A stretch of 63,279 bases of DNA, the filler included. It is 9 parts of 9 records of this genome, joined end to end, with 100 filler letters (N's around TTAATTAATTAA, not from the genome) between each part and the next. Parts side by side here need not be neighbours in the genome. Positions count along the whole stretch, not along the records: positions 49,690 to 56,103 come from SRR20825010_2914; positions 56,204 to 59,428 come from SRR20825010_2916; positions 59,529 to 63,279 come from SRR20825010_2920; 6 more parts are not named here. One strand, given 5' to 3'. The notes below the pieces were generated by a model that saw only the letters and a program-made list of their open reading frames with translations, was not told the origin of the DNA and did not search any database. The position numbers were made by a program, and so were the translations under genes. This document shows positions 52,867 to 63,141 of the stretch, piece by piece. Positions within the stretch are counted from its first letter, which is position 1. Each line of letters opens with the position of its first letter.

Positions 52867-54384
52867 TTATAACAACTCGTCACCAGTCATTTCTACCGGT
52901 TTCGGAATGCCTATTAACTTAAGAATCGTTGGGGCCAGATCACCGAGCTTTCCGGCTTTCAATGTGCCTTTTATCTCATTGTCCACAACAATGAAAGGAA
53001 CAAGATTGGTCGTGTGTGCCGTATTAGGTGAACCATCCGGGTTAATCATCATATCCGAATTTCCGTGATCGGCGATAATTATGGAGGTATAGCCATTTGC
53101 CAGCGCGGCTTCAACCACTTCTTTCGCACAAGCATCAACCGTCTCGCAGGCCTTCACAGCGGCTGCAAATACGCCCGTGTGACCCACCATATCCGGATTG
53201 GCGAAATTGAGGCAAACAAAGTCAACCTCTTGTTTTTTCAATTCAGGGATAATTTTATCCTTGATATCATTGGCGCTCATTTCGGGTTGTAAATCGTAGG
53301 TCGCTACTTTAGGTGACGGACACAGCAATCGTGTTTCTCCTTCAAATTCATCTTCCCTTCCTCCAGAAAAGAAGAACGTAACATGTGGGTATTTTTCAGT
53401 CTCTGCTATTCTGATTTGTTTTTTACCATGATTGGCCAACACTTCGCCCAAAGTCATTTGAAGGTTGTCCTTATCAAAAACCACTTTCACATCCTTGAAT
53501 GTGTCGTCATAGTTTGTCATAGTCAAATAGTACAAAGGCAACTTCTTCATTCCAAAGTCAGGAAGGTCATTTTGCGTAAGTACCTCGGTAATTTCTCTGC
53601 CGCGATCCGTTCGAAAGTTGAAACACATCACCACATCTCCTTCTTCAACTTTTCCAACTGGCGAACCGTTTGCACTTTTTATTAAAGGCTTGATGAATTC
53701 ATCCGTCACGTCCGCAGCGTAGGAGGCTTCAATTCCTTTTTTAACATCTTCTAGAAGCTCACCTGTGCCATTAACCATCGCATCATAGGCAAGCTTCACT
53801 CGCTCCCATCTTTTATCCCGATCCATCGCAAAGTAACGCCCCGTCACGGATGCCATCTGACCTACGTTGGATTGCATATGTTTTTCCAATTCGGTTACGA
53901 ATCCTAAACCACTTTTAGGATCGCAATCGCGTCCATCGGTGAATGCATGAACAAATACATTTGAACAGTCATTGGCTTTTGCCGCCGAGATTAATCCCTT
54001 CAGGTGATTGATGTGTGAATGCACGCCACCATCGGAAAGCAATCCCATGAAATGTACCTTCTTGTTGTTTTTCTTCGCATAATCGAAAGCTGCAACAAGT
54101 TCCGCTTCTTTAGCCAGGCTGCCATCTTCTGTAGCCTTATTGATTTTAACCAAATCCTGATAAACCACCCGACCGGCACCAATATTCATGTGCCCCACTT
54201 CGGAGTTCCCCATCTGCCCTTCAGGAAGACCAACCGCCAAACCGGAAGCCTCAAGCGTACTGTGAGGATATTTCGTATATAGGCTGTCAACAAAAGGAGT
54301 ATTAGCCTGATCTACCGCCGAAACTTTCTTGTCAGTCGCTATTCCCCAACCGTCAAGAATGATGAGAATTACTTTCTTGTTCAT
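52867..54384 (-). CDS. gpmI: 2,3-bisphosphoglycerate-independent phosphoglycerate mutase
   Basis: ATG 54384; ILDGWG, QMGNSEVGH, AETEKYPHVT, NPDMVGHTG, ADHGN. Confidence 0.96.
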   Translation of the reverse strand: MNKKVILIILDGWGIATDKKVSAVDQANTPFVDSLYTKYPHSTLEASGLAVGLPEGQMGNSEVGHMNIGAGRVVYQDLVKINKATEDGSLAKEAELVAAFDYAKKNNKKVHFMGLLSDGGVHSHINHLKGLISAAKANDCSNVFVHAFTDGRDCDPKSGLGFVTELEKHMQSNVGQMASVTGRYFAMDRDKRWERVKLAYDAMVNGTGELLEDVKKGIEASYAADVTDEFIKPLIKSANGSPVGKVEEGDVVMCFNFRTDRGREITEVLTQNDLPDFGMKKLPLYYLTMTNYDDTFKDVKVVFDKDNLQMTLGEVLANHGKKQIRIAETEKYPHVTFFFSGGREDEFEGETRLLCPSPKVATYDLQPEMSANDIKDKIIPELKKQEVDFVCLNFANPDMVGHTGVFAAAVKACETVDACAKEVVEAALANGYTSIIIADHGNSDMMINPDGSPNTAHTTNLVPFIVVDNEIKGTLKAGKLGDLAPTILKLIGIPKPVEMTGDELL

Positions 54385-54388
54385 GCCG

Positions 54389-54396
54389 CAAATATA
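54389..54396 (-). promoter_or_regulatory. Bacteroidota -7 promoter element immediately before gpmI
   Basis: TATATTTG-CGGC-ATG. Confidence 0.65.
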
Positions 54397-54484
54397 ATAC
54401 GCTATGACAGTGATAGTAAAGTTCACCCGTTATTAATGTGTTGACGTTCTGCATTGTGGCATAATTTTGGATATCTTTAACCTA

Positions 54485-54868
54485 ATGAAAATTTCGTTGA
54501 TTGCAGTGATTATTGGTTTGTTCTCCTTCTTCCCCACCCAGGAAGATGTCCTTGCGAGCATTCGCACAGCTATGGAGGCAGGTAGTTCCAAAGAGTTGAT
54601 CAAGTTTTGTGGAAACAACATGGAGATCAAGATCAATGGTAAAAGCTCCAATTACAGTTTAGTACAGGCAGAAGTTGTTCTAAAAGATTTTTTTCTCAGC
54701 AATGCCGTGAAAGACTTCACCTACATTCATCAAGGATCTTCCCCGGAAGGGTTGAAATACACCATCGGCTCACTTACCGTCGATGGAGGGAGCTATCGGG
54801 TGGTGATGGTGATCAAAAAACAAGAATCCAAATTCAAGATTGATCAAATCAACTTTAGCAGAGAATAA
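54485..54868 (+). CDS. DUF4783-like secreted protein
   Basis: Signal peptide; GSSKEL, YSLVQAEVVLKDFF, FTYIHQG; position between gpmI and nadC. Confidence 0.7.
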   Translation: MKISLIAVIIGLFSFFPTQEDVLASIRTAMEAGSSKELIKFCGNNMEIKINGKSSNYSLVQAEVVLKDFFLSNAVKDFTYIHQGSSPEGLKYTIGSLTVDGGSYRVVMVIKKQESKFKIDQINFSRE

Positions 54869-54917
54869 TTCGATATTCTTACCCTTATAATAGGTGCCTT
54901 TCATAATTTTGCCGCCT

Positions 54918-55775
54918 ATGATTTTGCCGTACCTGACAGACCAAGGAATAACAGCATTCATCACCACGGCTTTGAAAGAAGATATAGGGGATGGAGATCA
55001 TAGTTCTATTGGCGCGATTCCCGAAAATCAGGTAAGTCATGCCAAACTCATTATTAAAGGTGATGGCATAATAGCAGGAATTAGTCTGGCTCAAAAAATT
55101 TTCGAACATCTTGATACCGAGCTTGAAATCGAAGTGTTGAAAAAAGATGGGGATGCCGTTGTGCCGGGTGATATCGGGTTTTACGTCAAGGGGAATTCAC
55201 GGTCGATTTTAGGAGGGGAGCGGCTGGCGTTGAACTGTCTGCAGCGAATGAGCGGGATCGCGACCTATACCCACCAATTGAATCAATTGATTAAGGGAAC
55301 GGGGGCGAAATTGCTCGATACCAGAAAAACCACCCCAAATTTCAGATTGGCCGAAAAATGGGCCGTGGCTATTGGAGGAGGTGTAAACCACCGTTTCGGT
55401 TTATATGATATGGTCATGTTGAAGGATAATCACATTGATTATGCCGGTGGTGTTTGTAAAGCCATTGAATCAACTGTGGCTTATTTGGAAACAACTAAAC
55501 GGGATTTGAAAATAGAGGTGGAAGTGAGAAGTTTGCGGGAATTGGATGAGGTGATCGAAACAGGTCACGTTTTCCGGGTTCTGCTCGACAACATGCTTCC
55601 TTCGGAAATGCGTTTGGCGGTACAAAAAGTAGCCGGTACCATGGAAACCGAAGCTTCCGGTGGGATCACAGAAAAGAACATAAGGGAAATAGGTGAAACC
55701 GGAGTGAATTACATTTCGGTTGGTGCGCTGACCCATTCATATAAAAGTTTAGATATAAGCCTGAAGGCAGAATAA
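54918..55775 (+). CDS. nadC: Quinolinate phosphoribosyltransferase
   Basis: EDIGDGD, DTRKTTP, NHRFGLYD, LKDNH, EASGG, SVGALTHS. Confidence 0.96.
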   Translation: MILPYLTDQGITAFITTALKEDIGDGDHSSIGAIPENQVSHAKLIIKGDGIIAGISLAQKIFEHLDTELEIEVLKKDGDAVVPGDIGFYVKGNSRSILGGERLALNCLQRMSGIATYTHQLNQLIKGTGAKLLDTRKTTPNFRLAEKWAVAIGGGVNHRFGLYDMVMLKDNHIDYAGGVCKAIESTVAYLETTKRDLKIEVEVRSLRELDEVIETGHVFRVLLDNMLPSEMRLAVQKVAGTMETEASGGITEKNIREIGETGVNYISVGALTHSYKSLDISLKAE

Positions 55776-55776
55776 G

Positions 55777-56103
55777 ATGATTGTTAGAACAAAAAAGTAT
55801 CAGATTCCAACCAACAAATACATAGGAATCGCATTCAAAGCAGTATTGAAGCAGCAATGGTGGGTAGGCTTGATTTATCTGGCTATTTGTGCGCTCTATT
55901 TTGTGGTTACCAGCTGGTGGTGGATAATCGGAGCATCTATTGCTCTGTCTCTTTATTTACTCTTTTGGCTGATCCAGTTTGCGGGAGTCACCCAATTGGA
56001 GCAGGGTAAATTCATGTTTCAGAAAATGTCTTACGAAATATCAAGTCAGCAGATTTTACTTAAAATCAACACCAAGCAAGGCATGCCGATGAAATGGGAG
56101 CAA
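55777..56103 (+). CDS. YcxB-like membrane protein, truncated
   Basis: Two TM helices; follows nadC directly. Confidence 0.55.
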
Positions 56104-56203
56104 NNNNNNNNNNNNNNNNNNNNNNNNNNNNNNNNNNNNNNNNNNNNTTAATTAATTAANNNNNNNNNNNNNNNNNNNNNNNNNNNNNNNNNNNNNNNNN
56201 NNN
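56104..56203. other. Artificial contig linker
   Basis: N44-TTAATTAATTAA-N44. Confidence 0.99.
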
Positions 56204-56256
56204 CCTGCCGGTTTTCAAAATTTCTGAATAATCCCGGCGATTATTCATAAAAAATT

Positions 56257-56290
56257 GCGCCCGCGCTCGGATCAGAGCGCGGGCGCTTTT
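56257..56290. terminator. Intrinsic terminator
   Basis: GCGCCCGCGCTC-N6-GAGCGCGGGCGC-TTTT; perfect 12-bp stem. Confidence 0.8.
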
Positions 56291-56387
56291 GTTATGTGCA
56301 GGCATATGCACGATTTAACGCGGTTCAACCATATCGCTGATCGTGTACGACACCCGGTTTCTGATCTTCTCAGACATAAAAACCGGT

Positions 56388-59153
56388 TTAGTCCTGATTT
56401 CCTTTTGGTGGCTCTGGCGGCGCATTTTCGGCGATTTCCCCGTTCTCATGATCGTTTTCGGGGCTGGGGCCGTTTTGGCGTGCCAAAAGGCGCTGATAGA
56501 ACAGCCCGATACAGATCAGAACGACGCCAAGCCCGATAAAGGACAGCGCCCGCCAGATGCCTTCAAGGCCCGACATATCAAACAGGAACGCCTTGGCAAC
56601 CGCCATAAAGACAAAGGCCGCCGATGCCATGCGGACATGCAGCGATCCGCGCCACAACCCATAGGCCAAAAGCGCAATCCCAAAGCCCAGCCACGCTGCG
56701 GAATAGCTGTAAAGTTCCGGCGATGTCCAGGGCTGATACATGCCGATATAACCGCCGTGGAAGAAATGGCGGATTTCAAAGGTGATCCAGCAAAAGGCCA
56801 GCAGGATCGACAGAACCCCCGCCGTCCGGCGATAGCTTTCCGGTTTGCCCCCCGAAAGCCGGGTCGCCAGAAGACCGGTCAGGATCGCCGGCAGCAGATA
56901 GGCCGAAAGCAGCAGGTTAAAGAACAGGCCATTGCCGACAAACTCGCCACTCATCAACGGGTTGAGCAACAGCAGGTTCAGCATGCCGAGCATGAAGAAC
57001 CCGGCAAAACCAAGCCCCAGAATGCACCGGGACATCACCGGGCTTGCCAGCGACCGGTCAAGCCGCTGCAAACCGATTGCCGCCGAAAGCGCCAGAAGGG
57101 ATTGAAGGCTCCATTCCATCAGGGTATCGGGCACGGTATGGAAAATACCCTGATTGGTGGCGTGATGCAGGATCACCGCACCGGTCGCAAGGCTTGTGAA
57201 AATCGCAAGTCCTTCGAAAACAAGACGATGGCGCACATCACCCGATTGGCGAAGCATCCAGACGCAGGCCCAGAATGCCATCGCCGGACCGCCATAGCCC
57301 CACAGCAATGCATTGAAAACCGGTGTGGTGCCAAGCTGATCAGCGGGAACAATGGTCGGCTGCCAGAAGATCGTCACAAGAACCAGACCGGCAATGCCAA
57401 TCGCCGTCTTGGCAAGCCCCGGCAGGGGCCAGCGCCCGCCAACCCAAACGGTCGCAACCGCAAGGGTGGCAAGCCCCAGCGGCAGCCAGCCATCCCCCAG
57501 CAGGATGAACATCGCGGTGGCTATCATGCCGATGGTGCCCACCGTATAGGTGGCAAGCGCCCCGTCCCGGCCATGTGCGGTGGTGGGCATTCTGCGGTCG
57601 ATGATGCTTAAGGCACCAAGGAACCCTGCCGCCAGCGCAAGGGCAAAACCACCAAAGAACATATCGACATCAAGAATATCACTACGCCAGAGCGCAATCA
57701 GGAACAGCCCGATCGGGCCCGACACCCCGGCAACCGCCATAAACAGGCGGGCGGTGGAAAATACCGCCCCGGCAAAGCCACCAAGACCAAGAATCAGGCC
57801 AAACCCAAGCCCGGTCAGAAGGAAGGATTGCGTATCGGGCAGGACGGAAAATTTATCAATCGCATCGGTGATGATTGGCTGATCATATAGCAGCGGATCG
57901 ATGGAAAGACGGATATCCCAACCCAGATAACCAATCAGTGCCAATACTGGCGCACCAAGTGCAACCGGCCCCAGAACCGGGAACAGGGCCGCCGTCGCCA
58001 GCAGCAGGGCCAGCATGATCATCAGGGTCGCGGTGCCGGTCGCATCAAACCCGCTGTGATGAAGCAGATAAATCACAAGCCAGCCATTCCCGGCGACCAT
58101 AAGTGACGATTTCCAGTCGATGCGTTCGGGAACCCGGGCGGGATCGCGGGGGTAAATGCCAATGGCATAGGTCGCAATCGCGGCCAGCAGAATGGCAATA
58201 TCATAAACCGCAAGCGACGCCCCCATATCGGCCGGGGCGGCAAAAACCAGAAGATGGCCCCAGACAAAACCCGCAATCGCGGTTGTCATGGCAAACCAGT
58301 GCCAGCCACGCAATCGCGCAATGCCATAGCTGCCCGCCGTGATGATCAAACCGTAAAAGGCCAGAACCCAGGGGGCGGGTTCACCCGACTGCACCATAAA
58401 CGGCACGATGTAACTGGCCAGAAGCCCGGTTGATGCCACCAACGGACCCTGCAAAAGCGAAAGTGCGAGCGTGCCCAGCGCCACAAGCGCCATCAGGACA
58501 AAGGCCATCGCCGGGCCGATCATGCCATAAAGCATATGGGCCGAAAAAACCGTGGCAAAGGCGGTGGTCGTACCCGCAAGGGTCAGAATGCCCGGAATAT
58601 AACCGGCATTGTTGCCGGTCTTGGCCGCAAGCAGGGCGGGCTGACGGCGAAGATATTCGCCACTGCCAAACAGGGCCGCGGCAAACAGGGCCGCAAGCAG
58701 AATGCGCACCAGCGGGCTGAGCAAACCGGCCTCAATGGAATAATGCACAAGGAAAATGCCGCCAAACACCAGCGCGATGCCGCCAATCCACACCGCCCAG
58801 CGCGTGCCGATCTTTTCTTCAAAGCCGATGGCGCGTTTGGGGGCTGCTTGCGGCACGGTGCGTTGTGGTCTTGGCGCGACCGCCGCCGGTTTTGCTGGGT
58901 GGGCGGGTGTGTCGGTCCTGGCCGGTTTGGCCGGATCGACCGGATCGGTTTTTGCCGTTTTATCCGGTGGCACCGCAGCAGGTGTGACCGAAGGAGCCGG
59001 AGGCACCGGCAGACCGGCTTTCAAAAGCCCGATCTGTTGTTCCAGCATTTGCAGTTTCTGTTTGAAACCGCGTATCCGGAAAAAAGCGATGATGCCCATG
59101 ATCGCCCCGACCAATATGGTCAGGCTGAAGACACCTGTGAAAAACAGCTCCAT
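56388..59153 (-). CDS. DUF2339-type large polytopic membrane protein
   Basis: ATG 59153 behind GAGG; FEEKIGTRWAVWIGG, C-terminal YSAAWL...KAFLFDMSGLEGIWRALSFIGLG. Confidence 0.88.
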   Translation of the reverse strand: MELFFTGVFSLTILVGAIMGIIAFFRIRGFKQKLQMLEQQIGLLKAGLPVPPAPSVTPAAVPPDKTAKTDPVDPAKPARTDTPAHPAKPAAVAPRPQRTVPQAAPKRAIGFEEKIGTRWAVWIGGIALVFGGIFLVHYSIEAGLLSPLVRILLAALFAAALFGSGEYLRRQPALLAAKTGNNAGYIPGILTLAGTTTAFATVFSAHMLYGMIGPAMAFVLMALVALGTLALSLLQGPLVASTGLLASYIVPFMVQSGEPAPWVLAFYGLIITAGSYGIARLRGWHWFAMTTAIAGFVWGHLLVFAAPADMGASLAVYDIAILLAAIATYAIGIYPRDPARVPERIDWKSSLMVAGNGWLVIYLLHHSGFDATGTATLMIMLALLLATAALFPVLGPVALGAPVLALIGYLGWDIRLSIDPLLYDQPIITDAIDKFSVLPDTQSFLLTGLGFGLILGLGGFAGAVFSTARLFMAVAGVSGPIGLFLIALWRSDILDVDMFFGGFALALAAGFLGALSIIDRRMPTTAHGRDGALATYTVGTIGMIATAMFILLGDGWLPLGLATLAVATVWVGGRWPLPGLAKTAIGIAGLVLVTIFWQPTIVPADQLGTTPVFNALLWGYGGPAMAFWACVWMLRQSGDVRHRLVFEGLAIFTSLATGAVILHHATNQGIFHTVPDTLMEWSLQSLLALSAAIGLQRLDRSLASPVMSRCILGLGFAGFFMLGMLNLLLLNPLMSGEFVGNGLFFNLLLSAYLLPAILTGLLATRLSGGKPESYRRTAGVLSILLAFCWITFEIRHFFHGGYIGMYQPWTSPELYSYSAAWLGFGIALLAYGLWRGSLHVRMASAAFVFMAVAKAFLFDMSGLEGIWRALSFIGLGVVLICIGLFYQRLLARQNGPSPENDHENGEIAENAPPEPPKGNQD

Positions 59154-59428
59154 GTAATCCTCTTTTTCGCATTGCTCGTGCGGGGGCGGATTTTTATCCG
59201 CGATTATTTCCGCCATCATAGCGCGAAAAAGCGAATTGTCTTGTCTTTACAGGAGTGTATGGGATTGCGCCGGGTTTGGCCGCGGCAGAGGGATATTTAT
59301 GGGTATTGCCCCGCAACCCCGACAAGGGGGAGGCAATACCCGTAAAGCAAATGTCAGAGCAGCCTGATCAGTGACAGCAGGAATGCACGGGTTGGTATTC
59401 CTCGTACTGATCATGCAGCTTGACCCAG

Positions 59429-59528
59429 NNNNNNNNNNNNNNNNNNNNNNNNNNNNNNNNNNNNNNNNNNNNTTAATTAATTAANNNNNNNNNNNNNNNN
59501 NNNNNNNNNNNNNNNNNNNNNNNNNNNN
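59429..59528. other. Artificial contig linker
   Basis: N44-TTAATTAATTAA-N44. Confidence 0.99.
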
Positions 59529-59529
59529 A

Positions 59530-60258
59530 CTGAAAAGAAGTCAAGCACTCTCACTGGAAACAGAAGGAGCATTTGACGTTACCATCAGCCCCGTAGTCCG
59601 TCTCTGGCGCAGGGCTCGCAGACAGAACAAAATGCCGGACCCCACCCGCCTGGCAGAGTCCCGAGCCAAAGTCGGTTACCAGTCCCTGAAACTATCGGAA
59701 CAGAAACGAACTGTTGAGCTGCTGAAGGACGACATGCGACTCGATCTGGGAGGCATTGCCAAAGGTTATGCCGCCGATGTTGCCCTCCAGGTTTTGAAAG
59801 CACACGGCATCAAGCGAGCCATGATCGACGCCAGCGGCGATCTCGTTCTGGGAGATCCACCACCTGACAGCTGTGGCTGGAAAATCGGCATCTCCTCCTC
59901 GGACGCGCCGCAGGCAAAAATCGACCGCTTCCTCTATCTGCACAACATGGCAGTCGCCACCTCGGGTGATGCATTGCAGCATGTCGTCATTGATGGAAAA
60001 CGCTACTCTCATATTGTCGATCCTCATACGGGACTCGGGCTCACAGACCAAAGTCGTGTCACGGTCATCGCACCGAATGGCACGACGGCAGACAGTCTCG
60101 CCTCTGCCATCAGTGTCCTTGGACCCGATAAAGGAATCAAACTTTTAAGCCAGAAACCAGGTACCGCCTGCCTGATTTTACGTCATGATAACGGTAAGCT
60201 GGAATCATACGAATCTCCCTGCTTTTCGCGCTATGAGCTGAAACCCAATCAAGAATGA
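59530..60258 (+). CDS. apbE: FAD:protein FMN transferase, 5' truncated
   Basis: GAFDVT, LDLGGIAKGY, ATSGD, YSHIVDP, ADSLASA. Confidence 0.93.
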   Translation: MKRSQALSLETEGAFDVTISPVVRLWRRARRQNKMPDPTRLAESRAKVGYQSLKLSEQKRTVELLKDDMRLDLGGIAKGYAADVALQVLKAHGIKRAMIDASGDLVLGDPPPDSCGWKIGISSSDAPQAKIDRFLYLHNMAVATSGDALQHVVIDGKRYSHIVDPHTGLGLTDQSRVTVIAPNGTTADSLASAISVLGPDKGIKLLSQKPGTACLILRHDNGKLESYESPCFSRYELKPNQE

Positions 60259-60270
60259 ACTGGAGCCGAC

Positions 60271-61185
60271 ATGATGCAGAACCTGGTCTATCTCAATGGC
60301 GAATATGTTCCCGCTGCTGAAGCGAAAATTTCGATCTTTGATGGCGCGATCAGCCTCGGCATGACCGTCACCGAATCCACGAGAACTTTCGCCCATCAGC
60401 CATTTCGCTTGCGGGATCATCTGGAGCGTCTCTACCTCAGTCTCAAGGCAGCCCGCTTTGACGCCGGCATGACGCTGGACGAAATGGAACAGCTCACCCT
60501 CGAAGTCTGGGAGAAAAACAGACCACACTATCCCGCAGACACCGATGCCTGGATCATTCATAATATCACTCCCGGTCAATGGGTTCCCTCCAGCGGACAG
60601 AAACCACCCGAATCCAAACCCACCGTCATGATCGTCACCCTGCCTCTCGACCTTTCTTACTGGGCGGAATTCTATCGAACAGGCTGTCATGCCGTCACTC
60701 CCTTCACCCGCGTGCAACCGGCCCAATCGCTTGATTCCCGAATTAAAAACCGCAGCCGCTTCCTTTACACCATGGCCGAATCAGAAGTTAAACTGGTCGA
60801 CCCGATGGCACAAAGTCTGATTCTCGATACCGACGGCTTTCTCTCTGAAAACAAAGGAGGCAACTTTTTCCTGGTGACGAAAGGCTACATTAAAACACCC
60901 AGTACCATAAACTGCCTGGATGGCATCAGCCGCCAGACCATTTTTCAACTGGCGAATCAACTGAATATTCCCTTCGTGGAATGCCAGTTGCTCCCCTACG
61001 ATGTCACCACCGCCGACGAAGCATTTTTCACCAGCACTCCCTACTGCATTATGCCCGCCACAAAATTTAATGGCATCACTATCGGAACCGGCGAAGTCGG
61101 CCCGATCACGAGAAATCTGATCAGCGCCTGGAGCCAGCTCGTGGGCGTCGACATCCAGGAACAGGCGCAACAGTCGCTCTCCTGA
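60271..61185 (+). CDS. PLP fold-type IV aminotransferase (BCAT/DAAT/ADC lyase family)
   Basis: YLNGEYV, FRLRDHLERL, IKNRSR, CLDGISR, ADEAFFTST. Confidence 0.88.
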   Translation: MMQNLVYLNGEYVPAAEAKISIFDGAISLGMTVTESTRTFAHQPFRLRDHLERLYLSLKAARFDAGMTLDEMEQLTLEVWEKNRPHYPADTDAWIIHNITPGQWVPSSGQKPPESKPTVMIVTLPLDLSYWAEFYRTGCHAVTPFTRVQPAQSLDSRIKNRSRFLYTMAESEVKLVDPMAQSLILDTDGFLSENKGGNFFLVTKGYIKTPSTINCLDGISRQTIFQLANQLNIPFVECQLLPYDVTTADEAFFTSTPYCIMPATKFNGITIGTGEVGPITRNLISAWSQLVGVDIQEQAQQSLS

Positions 61186-61624
61186 AATACACCAGTGAAT
61201 CAATTTCCTCTAACTGAAATAATTCCCCTTGACGCCTGCCCGCCGTTTGCCATCATTCCCGCTTATAAGTGTGTCGCGCGCGATACAGTTTTTTTGCATC
61301 TGAACAACCCGAATCACTGAGAATAGCGGCACTATAAAAGTCCCTTATTTCTGCACAATTCCGATAAAAACTGCTCAAACATTCTCTGTGGGTCGACACA
61401 CAACGCCGCGTTATCACAACACACCGCACCGATATCGCCTCCATATCAGAACCTGTCATCAAACATCGCCACAACTTTTGGTGCATAAGCTCTTGACGCC
61501 CCCACGCCCATCGAGAAAATCCAACCGACTGGCACACCATTTTTTTTTCGTCTCTCCAATAATTCATAAAAAGGTTTCATTTCCATCCAGGTCTTCAATT
61601 CAAAATCAGGTTGCTTCAAAAACA

Positions 61625-61647
61625 GGGGCTGACCCATGTGTCAGCCC
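61625..61647. repeat. REP-like hairpin
   Basis: GGGCTGAC-CCATGT-GTCAGCCC. Confidence 0.45.
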
Positions 61648-61996
61648 GCAGAACCAGCATGAGTAAAAAGAGATAAGTCCGAACAAAATTCGAACCGAGC
61701 GCAGCGAGCAGGAAACGGACAGCGAACCCTCACAACCTCTGAGTCACCACCCCAAAAAGCCAACTGCAACAGGCAGAAAAACAACCAGCCCATCATACAG
61801 AAGGGCACCAGCCAGGCGAGGTGAAGATCGGGAAGTATGTTTACTTCAATCAGAGGTCATGCTTTGATCATTGATTAAATGATTCTCGCCCTGCTCATCG
61901 AAAATTAAACCGCGAGATCCATCTGTCATATAGACGCCATTGCCTGTCGTCGTAATCAGCGGGCTCTATCTGATTCCGCTTCGATGCAGTCGTTTC

Positions 61997-62067
61997 ATTA
62001 GCCGTACGGCGTTAGCCGCGGTTCCTGGCATCTCACAAATAACCGGAGCTAACGCTCTGCGGCTAAT
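61997..62067. repeat. REPIN-like inverted repeat doublet
   Basis: 27-bp arms ATTAGCCGTACGGCGTTAGCCGCGGTT / AACCGGAGCTAACGCTCTGCGGCTAAT (22/27 complementary). Confidence 0.65.
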
Positions 62068-62195
62068 CAGCAATATCAGGACGTGAAAGGAACCAGACCA
62101 CGATTCCGTCTTGAAACTATAAAATTGATAGTAGACGGATATCACGATAGAATTAGACAGAATAGTATTCTGTTTATCAATTGGTATGCGTTACG

Positions 62196-62678
62196 ATGAA
62201 TCGCACTAAAATAGTCCGCGTTTCAATCATCCTTTTTCTCGGCGTTGTCTGGTTCATCGCCGTTGACTGGTCGTGGTTCGTCCACGACTGCCCGGATTGC
62301 TGGCATGGTGAAGATATTGCGCAGTACCGCGTCTTCACGGTCCCCATTCATACGACGGTCTATGAGTACCCGTCCGTTTTACAGCAAGTGGCCTCTGATT
62401 TGGGTAAGCCGTGCATGCACCCCAACATGGAAAGCTGGCACAAACATCGGCGATGGGGGCTTCTCTTCTGCAAATCACCGTGCATCAATGGCATCTATCG
62501 TCTCACCGGGGAATCAACCTGGTATGATCAAGCTGCGGCGACGAAGATCGTCGCATTGGGTAAACGTGAGCCATCCCTGAAAAAAGAGTTCCACGATCGT
62601 GTCTTCACTCAACACGATTACAAGTTTCTGCATGTCGTCCTTGATCAAGCAGGTGTTGATCACCCGATTCAAGACTAA
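62196..62678 (+). CDS. Membrane-anchored Cys/His-rich hypothetical protein
   Basis: N-terminal TM; HDCPDCWH, PCMHP, WHKH, CKSPC. Confidence 0.6.
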   Translation: MNRTKIVRVSIILFLGVVWFIAVDWSWFVHDCPDCWHGEDIAQYRVFTVPIHTTVYEYPSVLQQVASDLGKPCMHPNMESWHKHRRWGLLFCKSPCINGIYRLTGESTWYDQAAATKIVALGKREPSLKKEFHDRVFTQHDYKFLHVVLDQAGVDHPIQD

Positions 62679-62727
62679 CGCATCACAAAACAGGAGAACT
62701 AGAGGGGCATTCCTCTTTTTTAGATTC

Positions 62728-63141
62728 ATGAATTTTAAACGCGTCGAAATCACACTCAACGACGGCCGCAGGATATCCTGCATCTGCTACATTGTTTCAT
62801 CTTCGTATCGTGGAGCATTGATCTATACGCCGTCTGACCGAGCCACTCGCAACTTCATCAGGGTTGCCGAGAATGAAGGAAGAAAACTATTTGGTGATCA
62901 CCCTGTCATAGTCGTCCCTCCCGCCATCACCTATGACGCTGAAGAACGACCAAACCTACCACCATACCGATTCGTGGGCGAATTTAATTCTGCTCCATTT
63001 GATGAGACAAAATGCTGGTCAACGGCTATTGTTGTCTGGTACCAGAGTGCTCCCTATCCTGTGATCGGCGAAGATGTCAAAACGGAATTCCGCCGAATTG
63101 AATGGAATACCATTGCTGCAGATGAAATCGTTGAATTGTGA
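62728..63141 (+). CDS. Hypothetical protein
   Basis: Likely ATG 62728; globular composition, LPPYRFVGEFNS...VVWYQ...IEWN. Confidence 0.6.
   Translation: MNFKRVEITLNDGRRISCICYIVSSSYRGALIYTPSDRATRNFIRVAENEGRKLFGDHPVIVVPPAITYDAEERPNLPPYRFVGEFNSAPFDETKCWSTAIVVWYQSAPYPVIGEDVKTEFRRIEWNTIAADEIVEL

Noticed and set aside
56343-57611. 422-aa plus-strand ORF
   Set aside because: Antisense shadow of the DUF2339-type gene
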